A stretch of DNA of 64,000 nt, taken from assembly GCA_030295235.1 (NCBI GenBank), contig AP026134.1, positions 496,001-560,000 of the forward strand, written 5' to 3'. Below the pieces are notes generated by a model. The model ran no database searches, had not been told where the DNA came from, and saw only the letters and a program-made list of their open reading frames with translations. Of the stretch, positions 38,121 to 51,451 are shown piece after piece; positions within the stretch are counted from its first letter, which is position 1, and the number at the start of each line of letters is the position of its first letter. Both the position numbers and the translations under genes were made by a program. This DNA comes from Fistulifera solaris. Taxonomy: Eukaryota.

Positions 38121-39758
38121 TCAATATTGTCGCTGCTCCTCTCCTTCTTCTAGTCGCCGGAGCTTTTTCCGTTTCTTGGTAAAGCCACGCTTTCGGCTGA
38201 ACGCTTGTTGGACTTTGGCAAGATCGCTCGATAACGGTTGTGTAACATTCTCTTCTGCATCAGAGTAATCCGTTAGTTCTTCCATAACATCTTGCTGCAA
38301 AATCATTTTCTCTTGTTGTTCTTCCGCTTGTCGAACAACATTAACCAGCGGTTCTTCCTTTTCCGAATAGAAAATAATGCCCCGTCCCTTCTTGGAGTGA
38401 TTTCTACGACCGCAACGTCCCATTCGATGCAAATGCGTCACAACGTTCGTAGCAAACTGCAATTGAATGACTAGCGTCACATCGGGTACATCCAGACCGC
38501 GACTGGCCAGATCCGTGCAAACCAGAATAGACGACTGCCCTTTGGCTGTCGATTGACGAAAACGTTTCGAGGGTTTCAGTACGTTCCTGCAGATTTAATT
38601 TGGCGTGATACTTCAATACAGAAATGCCTGCGCGTTGCAAAGCCGCACTCGCATTCTCGACATCTTGGACACTATTCAAAAGATCATGATTTTTTCACCA
38701 TCAGTATCGTGTTGCTGCTGATGCAATGACAACATTTCTACTACGGCTTTCATCCGCTCTTGTTTCGATTCCAAGGCAATCCATTGTGTTTCCAGTAACC
38801 CCTCGTGCTTGGCATTGTGCAAGTTTGCTGTCGTAATATACTCCGCCGAAGGAAATTTCTTCTTCAAATACGCATCGACGCTGCGCAATCCGGAATCGGG
38901 TAACGTGGCTGCAACAAAAACGTATTGCGTCGGGCGTTGTTCGGTAGAATGAATCGTGCGATCGGCCCTTCGAAAGCCCATCAATACCTGTTCCAACGCA
39001 CGCACATAACCTCCATCCAACAACATATCCGCTTCATCCACAATGAGTGTTTGAATATCAGCGAAAAATGCGACATGTTTCGGATTAAGTGCCCACGGCC
39101 CCAGTGCCGCGGGTGTCGAAACAATCAAATCCAATGGTTTAGTACAACGTCGGAAGGGTGCAAAATCATTCGGTTCGTCCATTCCTCCCGGCAATACGGC
39201 CAATCGAATCAACGAATCATCCTCGTCATTTTCCTGCAACACTTTTCCATCGTACATGAGTGCCGAAGGCCCACCCGCCAAGGGTAGTGCCATGCGCACG
39301 ACTTGTTGCACCAATTCCTTGTTGGGCACCAAGACGACAGCTTTCGCGTACGCTTGCACCGCATCCCATTGGCTGGAATTGGTTCTGGCTCGTTCTTCTA
39401 GCACCGCATTCATCCACGGTAACAAATACGCCAGTGTTTTGCCGGTACCCGTCTCGGCACCCAAAATCACATTCCGACCTTCTTGCAACGAAGAAAAGGC
39501 CAAGGATTGAATTTCACTCGGACCGCTCCGGTAAATGGTCGGTAATTCGCTTTGTAAGCGTTGTAACAAAATAGGAGATGTGATGAGTGACGTCCAGTCA
39601 TTCTGAGATAGGCTTCGTGACGATGCGGAGGATGCCAAAGGTCGTTTTGTCGTCGAAAAGGCACGATAGGATGACAGGAATCGGAACGACGATGATGAAG
39701 ATAAGAGCATTAACATTGATACAAAATTCAGGCTAGTACAAAGTCGAAACCGCTTCAT
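38121..39758 (-). CDS. DEAD-box RNA helicase, probably organellar (frameshifts ~38680, ~38535)
   Basis: Q motif PSEIQ, AETGTGKT, PNKEL, STP, DEADMLLD, AATL, TDLASRGLD, HRMGRCGR. Confidence 0.9.
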
Positions 39759-40180
39759 TGTATGCTTATATAATTAGTCCTTCCCTCTTCTTCTTCTTCT
39801 TTGTTGATGAAAGAGATCACATCCATCAGCAAGGAAGAGAATGGATATACCTGGTATACATGTAAAAGGAAAGGAACGAAGTTTTGTTTCGATTTCGTTG
39901 ATTGGTTCTTGGAGGACTATGAAACGGTGTACACATAAGCTTACGATAATCTACAAGCCGTGTCCGACCACGACCCAATCTAGTACGCTGAATGGTTCAC
40001 ACTGTTATTATTTTTAGCTGAAGAGATGATGTTGGGGGCGCCTGTGAAGCGGAAAAAATCAGTGAAAGGGCGGCCGTTCGGTCGGGAGCATTGGGCGACG
40101 GGAGACGAACTAAGACATGTGTTTTCTAAGATTCCTAATCTAGCTCTAATATATATAACTAGGGTGAAAGTTGCTACAAA

Positions 40181-41394
40181 CTAAATTTTCAAGACTTCCA
40201 TGGCGGGCATCGTCACGGAAGAGGTAACTGCTTGCTGGTCTTTTTCATGAAATGCTGATAAGAGAGCAGATGCGACAGAAATTGGTTCTGTCGTTCGGAT
40301 ATCTTCTTCTTCTTCACGTTTACATTCTTTTTTGCTTTCTTCTCGTTTCTCCACAAGCACCGCTGTACGAGGCGTTTGAGGGACTAGTCGTGGTGATCGA
40401 CCACATTTGAAAGGACCGAAACATTTACTTGACAATCCTCGCCCGAGATTCTCAACTATTTGACAACATTTGGCAGTGCGGTACGGTATCCCTTGATCGA
40501 ACATGATCAATTCACCCTTCCCAAACTCCCTCCAACCTTCTTCTTGCGTCAATGGTTTTGTCGTGATGACCGCCACACGGTCTTGTTCGGTGGCTACGGT
40601 GGAAAAGTCAATGGTGTAATCAACATCGAGTAACTTGGCGGTCGAGAAGGGAGGTTCTCGCACTATGTAATGCAAACCATTCCAAACATCCGATCCCGGC
40701 CGTCGTCCTGGCCACGAATACGCAAACAACGTATGCGGCCCGCATCCCAACAGAAAATTAAAGATAGTATCTTGTGCGCCCCGCACGATTTCTTGACAGA
40801 CATCACTCAAGAATTCGTGCAAGACGGGCAAACTCGGCAATCCATCGGGAAATTCCGCATGCAACGCGTTCAAAATGGCACAAAAGACCGCCTCCGAGTC
40901 CGTGTCACCTACCGGATGGTACAAACGATCACGTGTCATTCCCAAGGCGGGAAAATGGTCCGTATGGACGTTCGCAAAGGAAGGGCAATCGCCATTGTGA
41001 CAAAACGACATTGTGATACCCTTCCAGACGCGTACAAAGGGATGCACATTTTCCAAACTGACTACACCTTGTGTGGCGTAGCGAATGTGTGCCATCATGT
41101 CTGCGGGAAACGAAAGAAGTAAATGAGAGAAACGACACACGGATTTGTCTCGCGGGTTACACCTCTGCACTACGTACTGTACGTTTTGATGGGATAATTC
41201 TGCACGAGATCGGCAATGGGTGATTGACAAGCCGGTAATGTATCGTGAAAACAACGTACACCGCGACCTTCATAGATGGCCAAGCCAAAGCCATGCGAGT
41301 GTTTGTCGGTCTTGCCTCCACGTTGACAGAACCCTTTCAGAGAAAACGAAAAGTCGGTCGGTGCCGCGCAATTCATTCCGAGTAATTGGCACAT
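40181..41394 (-). CDS. Class II glutamine amidotransferase-like Ntn hydrolase (YafJ/GATase_4 type)
   Basis: MCQLLGMN with Cys2; AHIRYATQG, NVHPF, FCHNG, GDTDSE; intron 41101..41177. Confidence 0.88.
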
Positions 41395-41846
41395 TCTGTC
41401 TATTCTTGTGCGTGTGTGAACAGAACTTGGTCAACCGAAGTATAATGGGGAAGCAATTGATACGGATGATAGATTGACTACGAATAAGAATGAGTTGTAA
41501 ACGCCAATCCTCTAGATTGTATTTTGTTTTCGACGGTTTGCGACGTATTTCAACTTTTGCATCTCGAAGGTGCTGCACGACTGTCGGATTTTGATTACCA
41601 GGTATGAGATGATGTACTTTCTTTCCTACTTCGTAGAGTGCGGGGCTACCAGTACTTGAAGCTGGCGCGGAATGTGCTTTTCTGGGCGACGTCATGAACA
41701 CTCGCTGAATCGTCCCCGACCCGTCGTCTCGAGTCCCGAGTGAGCTCTCCCATTCTAATTCGAATGGATTATCCAAACTATAAGGGCGGTGCAATAATTC
41801 TCTGGCTAAAACTATTCAAAGCACCTAATAATCAATTCTATTTACT

Positions 41847-42970
41847 TCAGTTTGAACTAGAACGACTTTCGCATCGGACTGGAGTATCCAAGGACCACCC
41901 CGGCGGCAAAAACTGTGGTTGTACGGTCCGGAGGAACAAACAGCGCCATTCTTTCACAAAATCCATGATCACACTGTCCATTCCCCGTTCTCGAGCAGCT
42001 TGAAACAATTCTCTTTCTAAAAGATCTGGACCCGATAAAAAATGAGGATTGGGACAGCGTGGCTCTAATTGACTTGCCAGTTGCAGTTGCTCCTCGGTTA
42101 CTTGCATGGAATCATTGTTGTTTGAGATATCGAAATAATCACGCACGACGTGTATGTATTCTAGCACTTTCTCAGAAGGCAGCTGTGCTTTTCGATTTAA
42201 CAGGGCACTGGCCGCACTCCGCGTGGTTTGAATCGTCGGATCCAGAAACGTTGCATGACGACTGTCGACATTCGGGTCGGTCCATTTCGTTCGCAGCTCG
42301 TCCTCCAGTGCATGCATTCGTGTTTGTGCGGCCGTCTGTGCACGCACATGACATGTGGGACACAGAATCACCACATCGTGTGGCATGTGCGTCTTAAATT
42401 CCGGCGGAAATCGGGCTCGGTACGCGTACGGAACAATGTAGTGACGACGATAGTCCTTATCACATCCGCAGGCGACGCAGCAATTATGTTTAATGGATTG
42501 GTTGTATTTGACGAGGCGCGCTTGCTCTGTGTCGATCGATCGTTTTGTGTTTGGCTGGAAAAGCAGTCGAATGGCTGTTTCATCCGCTGTCTCCCACTCG
42601 GCTAGATTCTTTCGAATGTACCAATGGGCTTTCTTGAGACTTATCGTGCTGAGTACGTCACCCTGAGGACATTTCATGAGAATATTGTCGTACATGGGTT
42701 TCTTCATTGCCATGAAAGGTATCAGCCGTTTGCGACGTTGTTTTTCAACAAGTCTCGATCTAATTGTGAACCTATCGCATTCATCGTCGAGGAACTTCGT
42801 TGCCGTTTTTGGCCGGCGCGATCAAGAGCTTTTCGAATCACAGTTTGTCGTATCCCTTTTCTTGATTTCTTGTCAGATGTGTTGATTCGATCATAGAAAT
42901 ATATGATGAGGGAAACGCCCATTACCAAGCAGGATGACAAAATCAACGTCCTAGTTGGCTGCGACGTCAT
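41847..42970 (-). CDS. Membrane-anchored protein with EXD2 C-terminal HNH-like zinc domain, no exonuclease domain (frameshift ~42748)
   Basis: N-terminal TM; PMYDNILM..PQGDVLSTISLKKAHWY, IRLLFQP, CVACG...RHYIVPYAYR..FP...KTH..HDVVILCPTCH, WRCLFL..VQPQFLPPGW. Confidence 0.75.
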
Positions 42971-43756
42971 TCTAATCAGTAACTTATGCGAATTGTTTTA
43001 CTTTGTATTGGAAGCATAAAGCTTCTTTTCCGTCGTGTTGCGTTTGTCGTCTGTTTTTTAGTTTTTTGTGGTTAAGGTTGTGCGTGCGGGAGAACTAACG
43101 ACGTTAAGGATGAGGATAAGAAATAATCCTTGCTTCCAGACCTTTAACCTTTACCACTGGTACAGTACCTGGTACAGTACCATTGGCCAAAAACGCACAT
43201 CGTACGTAGTACTATGAAAACGATTTCTGATGGGCAGAACTTGGTGATGCTAGTAGTACTTAGTAGACTGTACACTGTGTGATGGAGGCTATAAAAAAGC
43301 AAATAGCTGAAATTATAAATAATTCTGAACGGAAAATTTCACGTGTCATTCCTAAAAAGAGAACACCCTTATGTTAACGTCTCCGTTACAAGAGAACAGG
43401 ATCTTCTTCACAACTGGTTGGAGTTCCCACATCACCGTAGATTGTCAACGTACTTTGTAAGTGAAAAGGAAGGGACAAGGGACACTAGAGCCTTCAAAAT
43501 TTAAAATGGAACCATGGAACCATAGATCCGATGGGTAGATGGATAGTCATAGTACCATGAAAAATGTTGTCATTTAAGCCCCCTGCAGCCCACCATTCGT
43601 GGTTGCAGTAGAGGAGTACCTTCCTTGATTGTAGACTCCGCCCCGATGGAAAGGACGGATCCAGACGGGCACGCGGCGCATCTCATTTTTATTGGACTTC
43701 GACTTCGACGAAAGAACATGTCAATAACCTGATCATCATCATCTTTCATCTTTGAC

Positions 43757-44317
43757 CATGACGATCGATGAAAACGCACCCAACTCCGCAGCTAATGCTT
43801 CATTAACAAATCTGGAGTGTATTACTCCAAACACAAAGAAGAGGACCGTGGAGCACTTCGATTCTAGCGTTGACTTGCATTCCAGCAGTGAGCTTCGTTG
43901 GCTCGATTCTCATCCTTCTCGGCAACTCTGCCGAGAAGAAATTCCATCGCAACTGATGAACCCCCTCGTCTGCCAACGCGAGGAACGGATACCTACGAGT
44001 CGTCAACACCAGGAAAGACCTCCACAAGAGTACCTCTACCAAGCTCCTCTGAAGTCCCCGTTCGGTTCGTTTCGGTTTCACCCCAACACCAGCGAAACGT
44101 ATCGCAACTGTCAGTGCCCTCACTGAACACTGTTGATATTGATACGGCAGAGTCGGTCACAGCCCTACACACAAGATTTTGCTCAAATTCTTCGCTTCCA
44201 TTTTTGGGCAATCTCATTTTGGACACCGATGAGCTGACTTACTCCGACGTTGACGAAAAATCATTCGTCTCCGGCTCTTTGTTATGTCAGCTTGAATTGG
44301 AAAACGGGCTTTGCTGA
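43757..44317 (+). CDS. Hypothetical protein (probably frameshifted)
   Basis: Two overlapping ORFs (43752..44126, 43898..44317) with protein-like composition; no domain recognised. Confidence 0.35.
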
Positions 44318-44483
44318 ACACTGTCTCTTTTAAATACTAAATATAACTTGTTTTGCTATTGTCTATTCACCACTAGAGTATGCATACGCATGTATCTTTC
44401 GTTTTTCAATCAACCGAGCAAAAGCAAATAAAATCCTCTACCGCAAACATCGCTGATTCCGTTTTACACAGTCTCGCCGCCAA

Positions 44484-45449
44484 CTATCTTGTGTTCGTAG
44501 CGAGCTGTGCCATCCATATCCCCTTCGAACTCTTTCATCAAGGATTCCATGTTCATACCTTCCTTTTGAACGCGAATGCTGAAGTAAAGACCTGGCAACA
44601 TGCTAATTGATCAACAAAAAAGATATGGTAAGGGAACTGCCAGCCATCAAACATCATAATCGATTTCGACACTTACATGCTGAGCACGGGCAGACTAATG
44701 AGAGACAGAAGGCTACTGAGTAGAATCGCGACGATGGACGCCCCAAATATTGCTCGAACAACTCCTTCAACGAGAAGGGATGCGAGCCAAACTATAACGT
44801 TTAGCAGCAACACGGAGCAGAAGATGTAGCAACGGTAGCCAGGAACCAGATCAAAAGATCGTCTAATGGCACCCGTTGGTGACTGGTGCTCAACCACCAA
44901 GATTGGCAATGCAATCATGAGAGTGATGATGACATAGAGAGCGATTGCAAAAGCTGTAACACCGATAAGGACAGCCAGGACATAATTCTGGTTGGTGTAG
45001 AGGAGGAAAACAGGAACACCAACCACGGCAAAGAAAATAGAGAAGATCAATAAGTAAAGCAGACCGAAACAGAATAAGGCACAGAACCGATTCATGGCCA
45101 CTGCCAAGCTTCTCTTAAATGCCGGCTCTCTTTGCATGTAGATTTCGGAAACCACGTGGATCATTGCGGCCTGGATAAAAACAGTGATTAATGAAGAGAC
45201 AAATATTTCCAATTGCAGAACGATGGCCCTCTGCGGGGATGAGTACTGGGTGACTTCTTCGTACATCATCTCAGAATCTTCCTCCTCGGCCAACGGTTTG
45301 CCGACCATAACGGCCAAAATCATCTTAGGAATGGTAGCAATCAAAGCCAACTGCGTAAACAAGAGGAAGTGACTTCCGTAAATATTGAAGACTCTTTGCA
45401 TTAAATCGAACGGGGACAAGTATGTGAAGAAATCGTTTCCGGCTGCCAT
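44484..45449 (-). CDS. Multi-pass membrane protein, paralog A of six
   Basis: DFFTYLS...LFTQLALI...IQAAMIHVVSE...LPILVVE...AIRRSFDLVPGYRCYIFCS; intron 44603..44676; last exon LYFSIRVQKEG. Confidence 0.85.
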
Positions 45450-46153
45450 GATGATGTTGACAAGGGGCTATGGACGCTTAGGAAAGTAGATGATGAGCGA
45501 TACTTCACGATGATGGAAAGGAATGACCTTGCAATACTAGTTTCGACACCGCTTCATGAAACCTTGGACTCGAAGGTCGAAAGCTGGCGATGATCTGGCG
45601 ATCAATGCTCCTTTTTTCGCTATATGCGCTTAATATTTGTTCGGAAGTAGAGTTGATTCGGAAGCATAACAAAAGTCCACGTGAATTGTTTGTTTTTTCT
45701 GTAAACGTGACTTAGAACTCTCGGGACTCGGTTGCTCTCGGGACTGGAAAATGGGTTGATGATAGTCAAATACAATTACTCCGTTATTTTATTTCGCAGT
45801 CTTAGGTTACCAGTACGGCAAGCAAAGAAGTACATAGTATATGTTATACTCCTTTGCGGCAAGTGGCAAAGCAGACTACCAGTATAATGGAAACAGTTGC
45901 GAGAATCGGTGTGAATTTACTTTCTGTTGGAGCAATAATGCATTACTCGTCGCAGCAGCACCAACGACCCTTGATTGGGAACTAGGGACTGGAAACCCAG
46001 CGATACGATACAGCACTTTTCATTACGGAGCACTTGCGTATCGGCGATCTATGATAACATTAATACTATATCTTTCACACCAAGTGCCGCAGTCTTTGAA
46101 GCTCGGATTGTTTTCGCAAAGTGCTCATGAACTATTAGGTACGGAGAAGTCGC

Positions 46154-47144
46154 TTAAGACGAGACAACTTCCGCGATCCTACTATTGAAAAGATCTTCTC
46201 TTTGGAGTTCTTCGATCAAGGCTTCCATGGTCAAACCTTCCACTTTGACGCGGGCACTGAAATAGAGTACTGCGAGAAGACTGCAAGGAACAAGGAGATA
46301 GGTGTGAGAGCGGAAAATGCCGATTTGTCACAGTTATTACGTACATAGTTCGTATAGGGAGAAAAAGAAGGCCAACAAGACCTTTGAGTACAATTGTGAA
46401 CGCCGCAGTGCCAAAGATCCCGTCCAATAGTTTTCGATACATCCAGTTTCCAGCTAGTAACGGAACAAGTAGCAGCATCATTGAGTACAGCAAATAGCAA
46501 CCGTGGCCACAAATAAGGGTATTCGCTTTCTTGGCCAATTCAGGGCCTCTGTGCCTCTCCACAATCAGAATCGGTAAGTTTACCGTCGCCCAAAACACAA
46601 AATAAGCAGCAAAGCAAGCACAAATCGCCGTAAGAATAGTTAATGACCAGTGAGTGGGATTGAAGACGATTAAAGCAGTCATCACGAGTTCAACCATGAA
46701 GCAGCAACATGTGAATGTGTAAAACCAAACGTAAAAGTGCACCGTATGAAATCGATCCCAAAGCACACGCAAGCTTCCTTGCAATGTAGATTTTGTTTGC
46801 GTGTAGTATTCGGCAACTACTTGAATCATGATGATTTGAGTGATAGTGTTGAACACACAAAACGCGGCGAGTGCAATGAACAGGAAGGCGACCGAATCCG
46901 TGAACGGGTCTCCGAAAAATACAGCCAGGTCGAGCAATACATTCTTTTCATCCATGTTCGTCGCCGTCTTCAAATACACAGTCAAAGCGATTTGAGGAAC
47001 GATCGCAAAGAGTGCTAGTTGAGTGAACAAAAACCAGCGGTGTCGGTAGATGCGAAACGTTCGGTCCAGAGCTTGGCAAGGAGACAAGAACGTGAACAAG
47101 TTGTCTTCTGCTTTCATGCTAGGGGCGGCAGAAATGATCGACAT
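46154..47144 (-). CDS. Multi-pass membrane protein, paralog B
   Basis: DNLFTFLS...LFTQLALF...IQVVAEYY...LPILIVE; intron 46281..46344; last exon LYFSARVKVEG. Confidence 0.82.
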
Positions 47145-47582
47145 CGTTTGAAGTATACAGAATGATCGCTGTTGCGTCTAGAAAAGGAATAGTTCAGGAA
47201 CGAAATGTCAAACAATCATTTAGTAAATACTCTGGTATCCGGTAATCATCATCATTACGGATCATGGATCATGGCCGCCTTCACCCAGGCGCGCAGATTT
47301 TCACGAACACTCGGAAGCTGCTTTTTGGCTGAAAGATACGTGAAAAAATGATGCAGACGAAGAAAAATAAACTAGATGACTTTTTCGACTTCCATCCATG
47401 AAACTTCTTCTCATCGGACCGTGACCAAAAGGATCCGTCAGGACAATGAACCCCAACCTTCATCGGCTGCGTTACATTTTGTGATGGCCGCGCACGAAGA
47501 GACGCGGCTGGCTGCGAGAGTCTCATTACGATAGTTTATTTAAGTGTTTGTTGGAAAGGTTGCAAGCATTTTCTGTAGAATA

Positions 47583-48839
47583 ATGGCACCCGACGAAACC
47601 AACAAAGACGATACACCCAAGGGCAAGCCCAAACGACGCAAACGAGGAGGAGGAGGAGGAGGACGGAATTGGGAGCGCAAAAAGTTGGGGGGACCTCCTC
47701 CAACACCCCAACTGAAAGTGACAATCCGTAACATACACAATGCCGATCTCAATGGTACCGTAAAAAATGTCGGCAATCGTATTTTGCGCAGACTCGTTCA
47801 ACTTGCCGGTGATAAATTGAATACGCTCGATCGTATTGCGTTACAATGGGATGAAGATGGATTTCGTGCGCTAGCGGAGGCGGATGATGCTGCTCGAAAG
47901 CTTCGGGAGGAATGGAAGTTAATGCAAGATTCTGAAGGAAAGAACACTGACGCGAAAGAAACAAAAAAGGAAGGGGATGTAGCGGATACAATCAAAAGTA
48001 CTCACTCGAATGACGACTCGTCGGAGCTACCATCGGCAGTTGTGGAGGGTATGGAGCAGTTGTCGATTGTTAATCCTCCTCAACATGAATCAATCATCCA
48101 CGTGCGGGCTTTGTATGTTGTACCGCCGAAAAAGACAAAACGACGGGGAGAAAAGACGGGTTGTGCCTACCTGGTATTGACGGCACCGCCCATTGCCGCT
48201 CGTGAACCTGATCAAGATGCCGCATCGACGCGATCCGGAAAGTCGGCGTCCGATCTCGTGCAAGCGCCATTTGATTATTCACAAGACGTAGCGAAGCGTC
48301 GATTGATGATTCAACGTACTTTGGAGGCACTTATCAAAACGGCAGAAGAAGACGCCAAGACTAAACAGGAATTTAGTGAATGCGTCGTTTTGGAGTCGAT
48401 GAACGGGAAAACGTGGAAACCGCGCACTGACACTGTACGCCGTGATCGTATGGAAGGGACGATTGAAGAAACAGCAGATTACAAGGCGTTCTTCGAGAAG
48501 TCGGAACAGGAGAAAGAAGAACGGAAAGCTCGTCCTAAACCGGCACCAGGTGGTGGTGTGTCCTCCGTCATGACGTCGACGTCGAGTAGCAATAATAATG
48601 GAGGTCAGCCGATCGCGACAATCGTATTGCACCTGCGAAAGAAACAAGAGGAGGAAAAGAAACGCAAGCAGGGGAAAAGTAAACCGAAAGAAGGGGATGG
48701 AAACAAAGGGCTGCCAAATCAGAGTGATACAAAAGCAGGCGCAAAGAAGATTAGAGGGGGAAAGAATAAGAGAAATAAGAAAACCACTTCTAGTGGACTT
48801 TCGAAACCATCAGCAGGAGCCAAACTGGGAAGCGGCTAG
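47583..48839 (+). CDS. UPF3: Nonsense-mediated decay factor UPF3-like
   Basis: LKVTIRNI, AYL, and GTIEETADYKAFFE motif of the Smg-4/UPF3 family; Lys-rich tail. Confidence 0.7.
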   Translation: MAPDETNKDDTPKGKPKRRKRGGGGGGRNWERKKLGGPPPTPQLKVTIRNIHNADLNGTVKNVGNRILRRLVQLAGDKLNTLDRIALQWDEDGFRALAEADDAARKLREEWKLMQDSEGKNTDAKETKKEGDVADTIKSTHSNDDSSELPSAVVEGMEQLSIVNPPQHESIIHVRALYVVPPKKTKRRGEKTGCAYLVLTAPPIAAREPDQDAASTRSGKSASDLVQAPFDYSQDVAKRRLMIQRTLEALIKTAEEDAKTKQEFSECVVLESMNGKTWKPRTDTVRRDRMEGTIEETADYKAFFEKSEQEKEERKARPKPAPGGGVSSVMTSTSSSNNNGGQPIATIVLHLRKKQEEEKKRKQGKSKPKEGDGNKGLPNQSDTKAGAKKIRGGKNKRNKKTTSSGLSKPSAGAKLGSG

Positions 48840-49121
48840 AAATGGCACACATTGTTGGAGTTGTTGTTTGGCTTTCTCTAGCTCTGAGGCGCTCCTTGTA
48901 CGGATGTTCGAGTATCGCAGGTTGCACTCTGTGTACCAAACATCTCATGACCAGTGAAGGGACGGTTGCCTTCTCTGATGGGCACGTCCTGACGGTGATG
49001 AAGGGATCGGATGTCGACTAGCGCTGTCGTGTTTATCAGCAAGGTTGTAGTGGAGGGTGGACGGAGTGAAAGCATAATCTATATTCAAGATTATTAAAGC
49101 GTGAACTGTCTGTTACTGTTT

Positions 49122-49992
49122 TTAAGCTTTCTTTTTGTCGTGTTCGCCGTTCGGCGTGTGCTCTACTTCTTTGAGATCGTTTCCGGCTCGTGTACCTTCT
49201 TTGCCGCTCATTTTGCGTTCCACTTTTTCAAGATTTTGTAAAACCAATAGAAGTTGAGTACGTGAAACACCAAACCAATGGTGAACGAAAACCATATCAT
49301 AGAAGGTGGGAAACAAGTTGAATAGGCTTCATTGTTCTTTTCGGCCCACATGGAGGTCACCAACAAGAACCACAGACACGGAAAGAGAAGGATGCGGAAT
49401 AGAAAAAGGTAATCACAAACATGCCCATGTTCGCGATCGAAACAGCGTCAGGAAATATCTCCGCTCGCACCATCGTCAAGAAAATCGTGGAGACTTCCAC
49501 CGTCAGCGTCGCTCCCAAAAGATGAGGAGCATCGTAATAGCAAAAATACAACATGACCAAACCGGTGGCTCCACCGTGTAAAACAAAATCAAAACTGAGA
49601 TTGAATCCATCCGCCAAGTCAAATACAGAATATCCGAGCGTAATAGCTGGTAGGATACGATGCAGGCTGGTCATGGGACCCTGACATTGCATCGATCGGA
49701 GCGGTTCTGGTGTCCCCGTGATGGTAGCGCTTTCCCAGTCGAGATAGATGCAAGCCAAACTACCAAGACCGCTTACGAGCGCATGCAGTAAAGCGTACCA
49801 GTCGATACCGCCCTTTTTGTGGCATATCGAGCGGACGACAAACAAGGTACCGACAGTCGTAATGGCAATGTCGCGGTATTTCCATGTCCAGGCTCCGGTG
49901 TCATCCAGTATCTGACAGAAACGCAATATTTGTTGCGTCAACGGTGATACTGCTTGACTACTATTGTGTAGCAAATCTTCCGCTTTGATCAT
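49122..49992 (-). CDS. TLC (TRAM/LAG1/CLN8) domain membrane protein (frameshifts ~49405, ~49227)
   Basis: ALLHA, LGYSVFDL, FVLHG, EVSTIFL, FF..R and, in the shifted frame, LNFYWFYKI. Confidence 0.8.
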
Positions 49993-50402
49993 CTTGTTTG
50001 TATACACTAGAAAAATGAATGTTCGAAAAAGGTGCCGCCTTTACAATATCTTCGGTATGACTGCGAAAGAGTTTTCGTTGAAAATGAATCTTCGTGCCTC
50101 CATTTCAAATTTCAATCGATGGCACTGGTCGCGTCGTCGAGGCGCGATCGTCCCTCTGCTTGCTCTACATCTCTTTTCACTTTAACCCCATTAACGAAGA
50201 AGTTCTTTCTGATAGCACTATCTCTAACTACGTCCAAGCGCCCTACATTTTTTTTAACTCGTCGATACTCGATACGAGCCGTATCATACGACCTTGATTG
50301 CTTCCGAATGAATTAATTCGTGCATGATGAGTGTGAGGATATTTTTAATGTTCATGTCTTTATAATGACCACAGAGGTGCCGGTCCTTATCTTCTTTTAA
50401 AC

Positions 50403-51356
50403 ATGACAGCGCCAGAAAACTTATTTTCGTTCCTCTCTATAGGGGAAGCTATAAGCAGGACGTTCAGCATTTATTCGAGTCGCTGGCAACTATTCTCGCA
50501 ACTTGCTTTGGTGCTGGTCGTTCCTCAAATCATATTGTCTATCTCCTTGCGAAAAACTCTCCTCACAGAAAGCAATGATTCAATGGATCCCGATCATTTA
50601 CGCGTTTATGGGATAGGATTTGCTTTTGCCTACTCATTCGGCACCTTGATTCAAGCCGCTGTCGTCCAAGTGGTCGCTGAATACTACACGCAAACACCCT
50701 CAACGTTTCAAGACAGCTTGGCTGTTGCATTCCATAGATTCTGGGGTGTATTTGGCTATAGTCTGGTCTACGCAGCAGCGTTGATTATTCTGGGTGTGGT
50801 GACGATTTGTTGTTTCTTCATTATGTTTTCGCACATTTCGGGATGGCAATTCATGCTCGCCGCGCTTCCGTACGCCGCGAGTATGGCACTCAGTGTCTAC
50901 ATCATGTGCTCTCTTACACTAGCATTACCGGTTCTGGTGATTGAGAAGCAGTCACCCATTCACGCGATTACAAGATCCTTCGACCTCATACCAAACTATC
51001 GCCTTTACGTCTTTGGCGCCATATTTCCTCTGGCTGCCTTATTTATTCCCCACTTTTTAATGATGATGACAGGTTTTAGCGATTCTGCTGCGGTGACGGT
51101 GTGCAAAAGCCTTCCGGCGCTTTTTACATTACCTTTGCAAGCAATGTAAGCACTCTGATCTTTCAGGTGCACTATCCTTCTGCCTTTACTCACTTCTAGT
51201 GTTTTTTTCAGCTTTATTACCGTTCTCTACCTAAGTATTCGCGTCCAGAAAGAAGGTTTGGACATGGAGATGTTGCTGAATCAGTTAAATGGGAGTGGAG
51301 GTGACGCTCAAATCTACTCCTACGATACCTTGCTCGTTGCGGGAGCAAGTCCGTGA
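50403..51356 (+). CDS. Multi-pass membrane protein, paralog C
   Basis: ENLFSFLS...LFSQLALV...IQAAVVQVVAEYY...LPVLVIEKQSP; intron 51146..51211; last exon LYLSIRVQKEG. Confidence 0.85.
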
Positions 51357-51385
51357 GCAGGTGCAGCTAAATCAGCTTTAAAACG

Positions 51386-51451
51386 GTGATTAGAGCTCAA
51401 ATCTGGTATTTGCGTTGTTTGTGATTAGAGCTCAAATCTGGTATTTGCGTT
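51386..51451. repeat. Tandem duplication, 31-bp identical core, 35-bp period
   Basis: gtgattagagctcaaatctggtatttgcgtt at 51386 and 51421. Confidence 0.9.

Noticed and set aside
51386..51451. 35-bp tandem duplication as a functional element
   Set aside because: Two copies in a 3' flank; ordinary slippage duplication.
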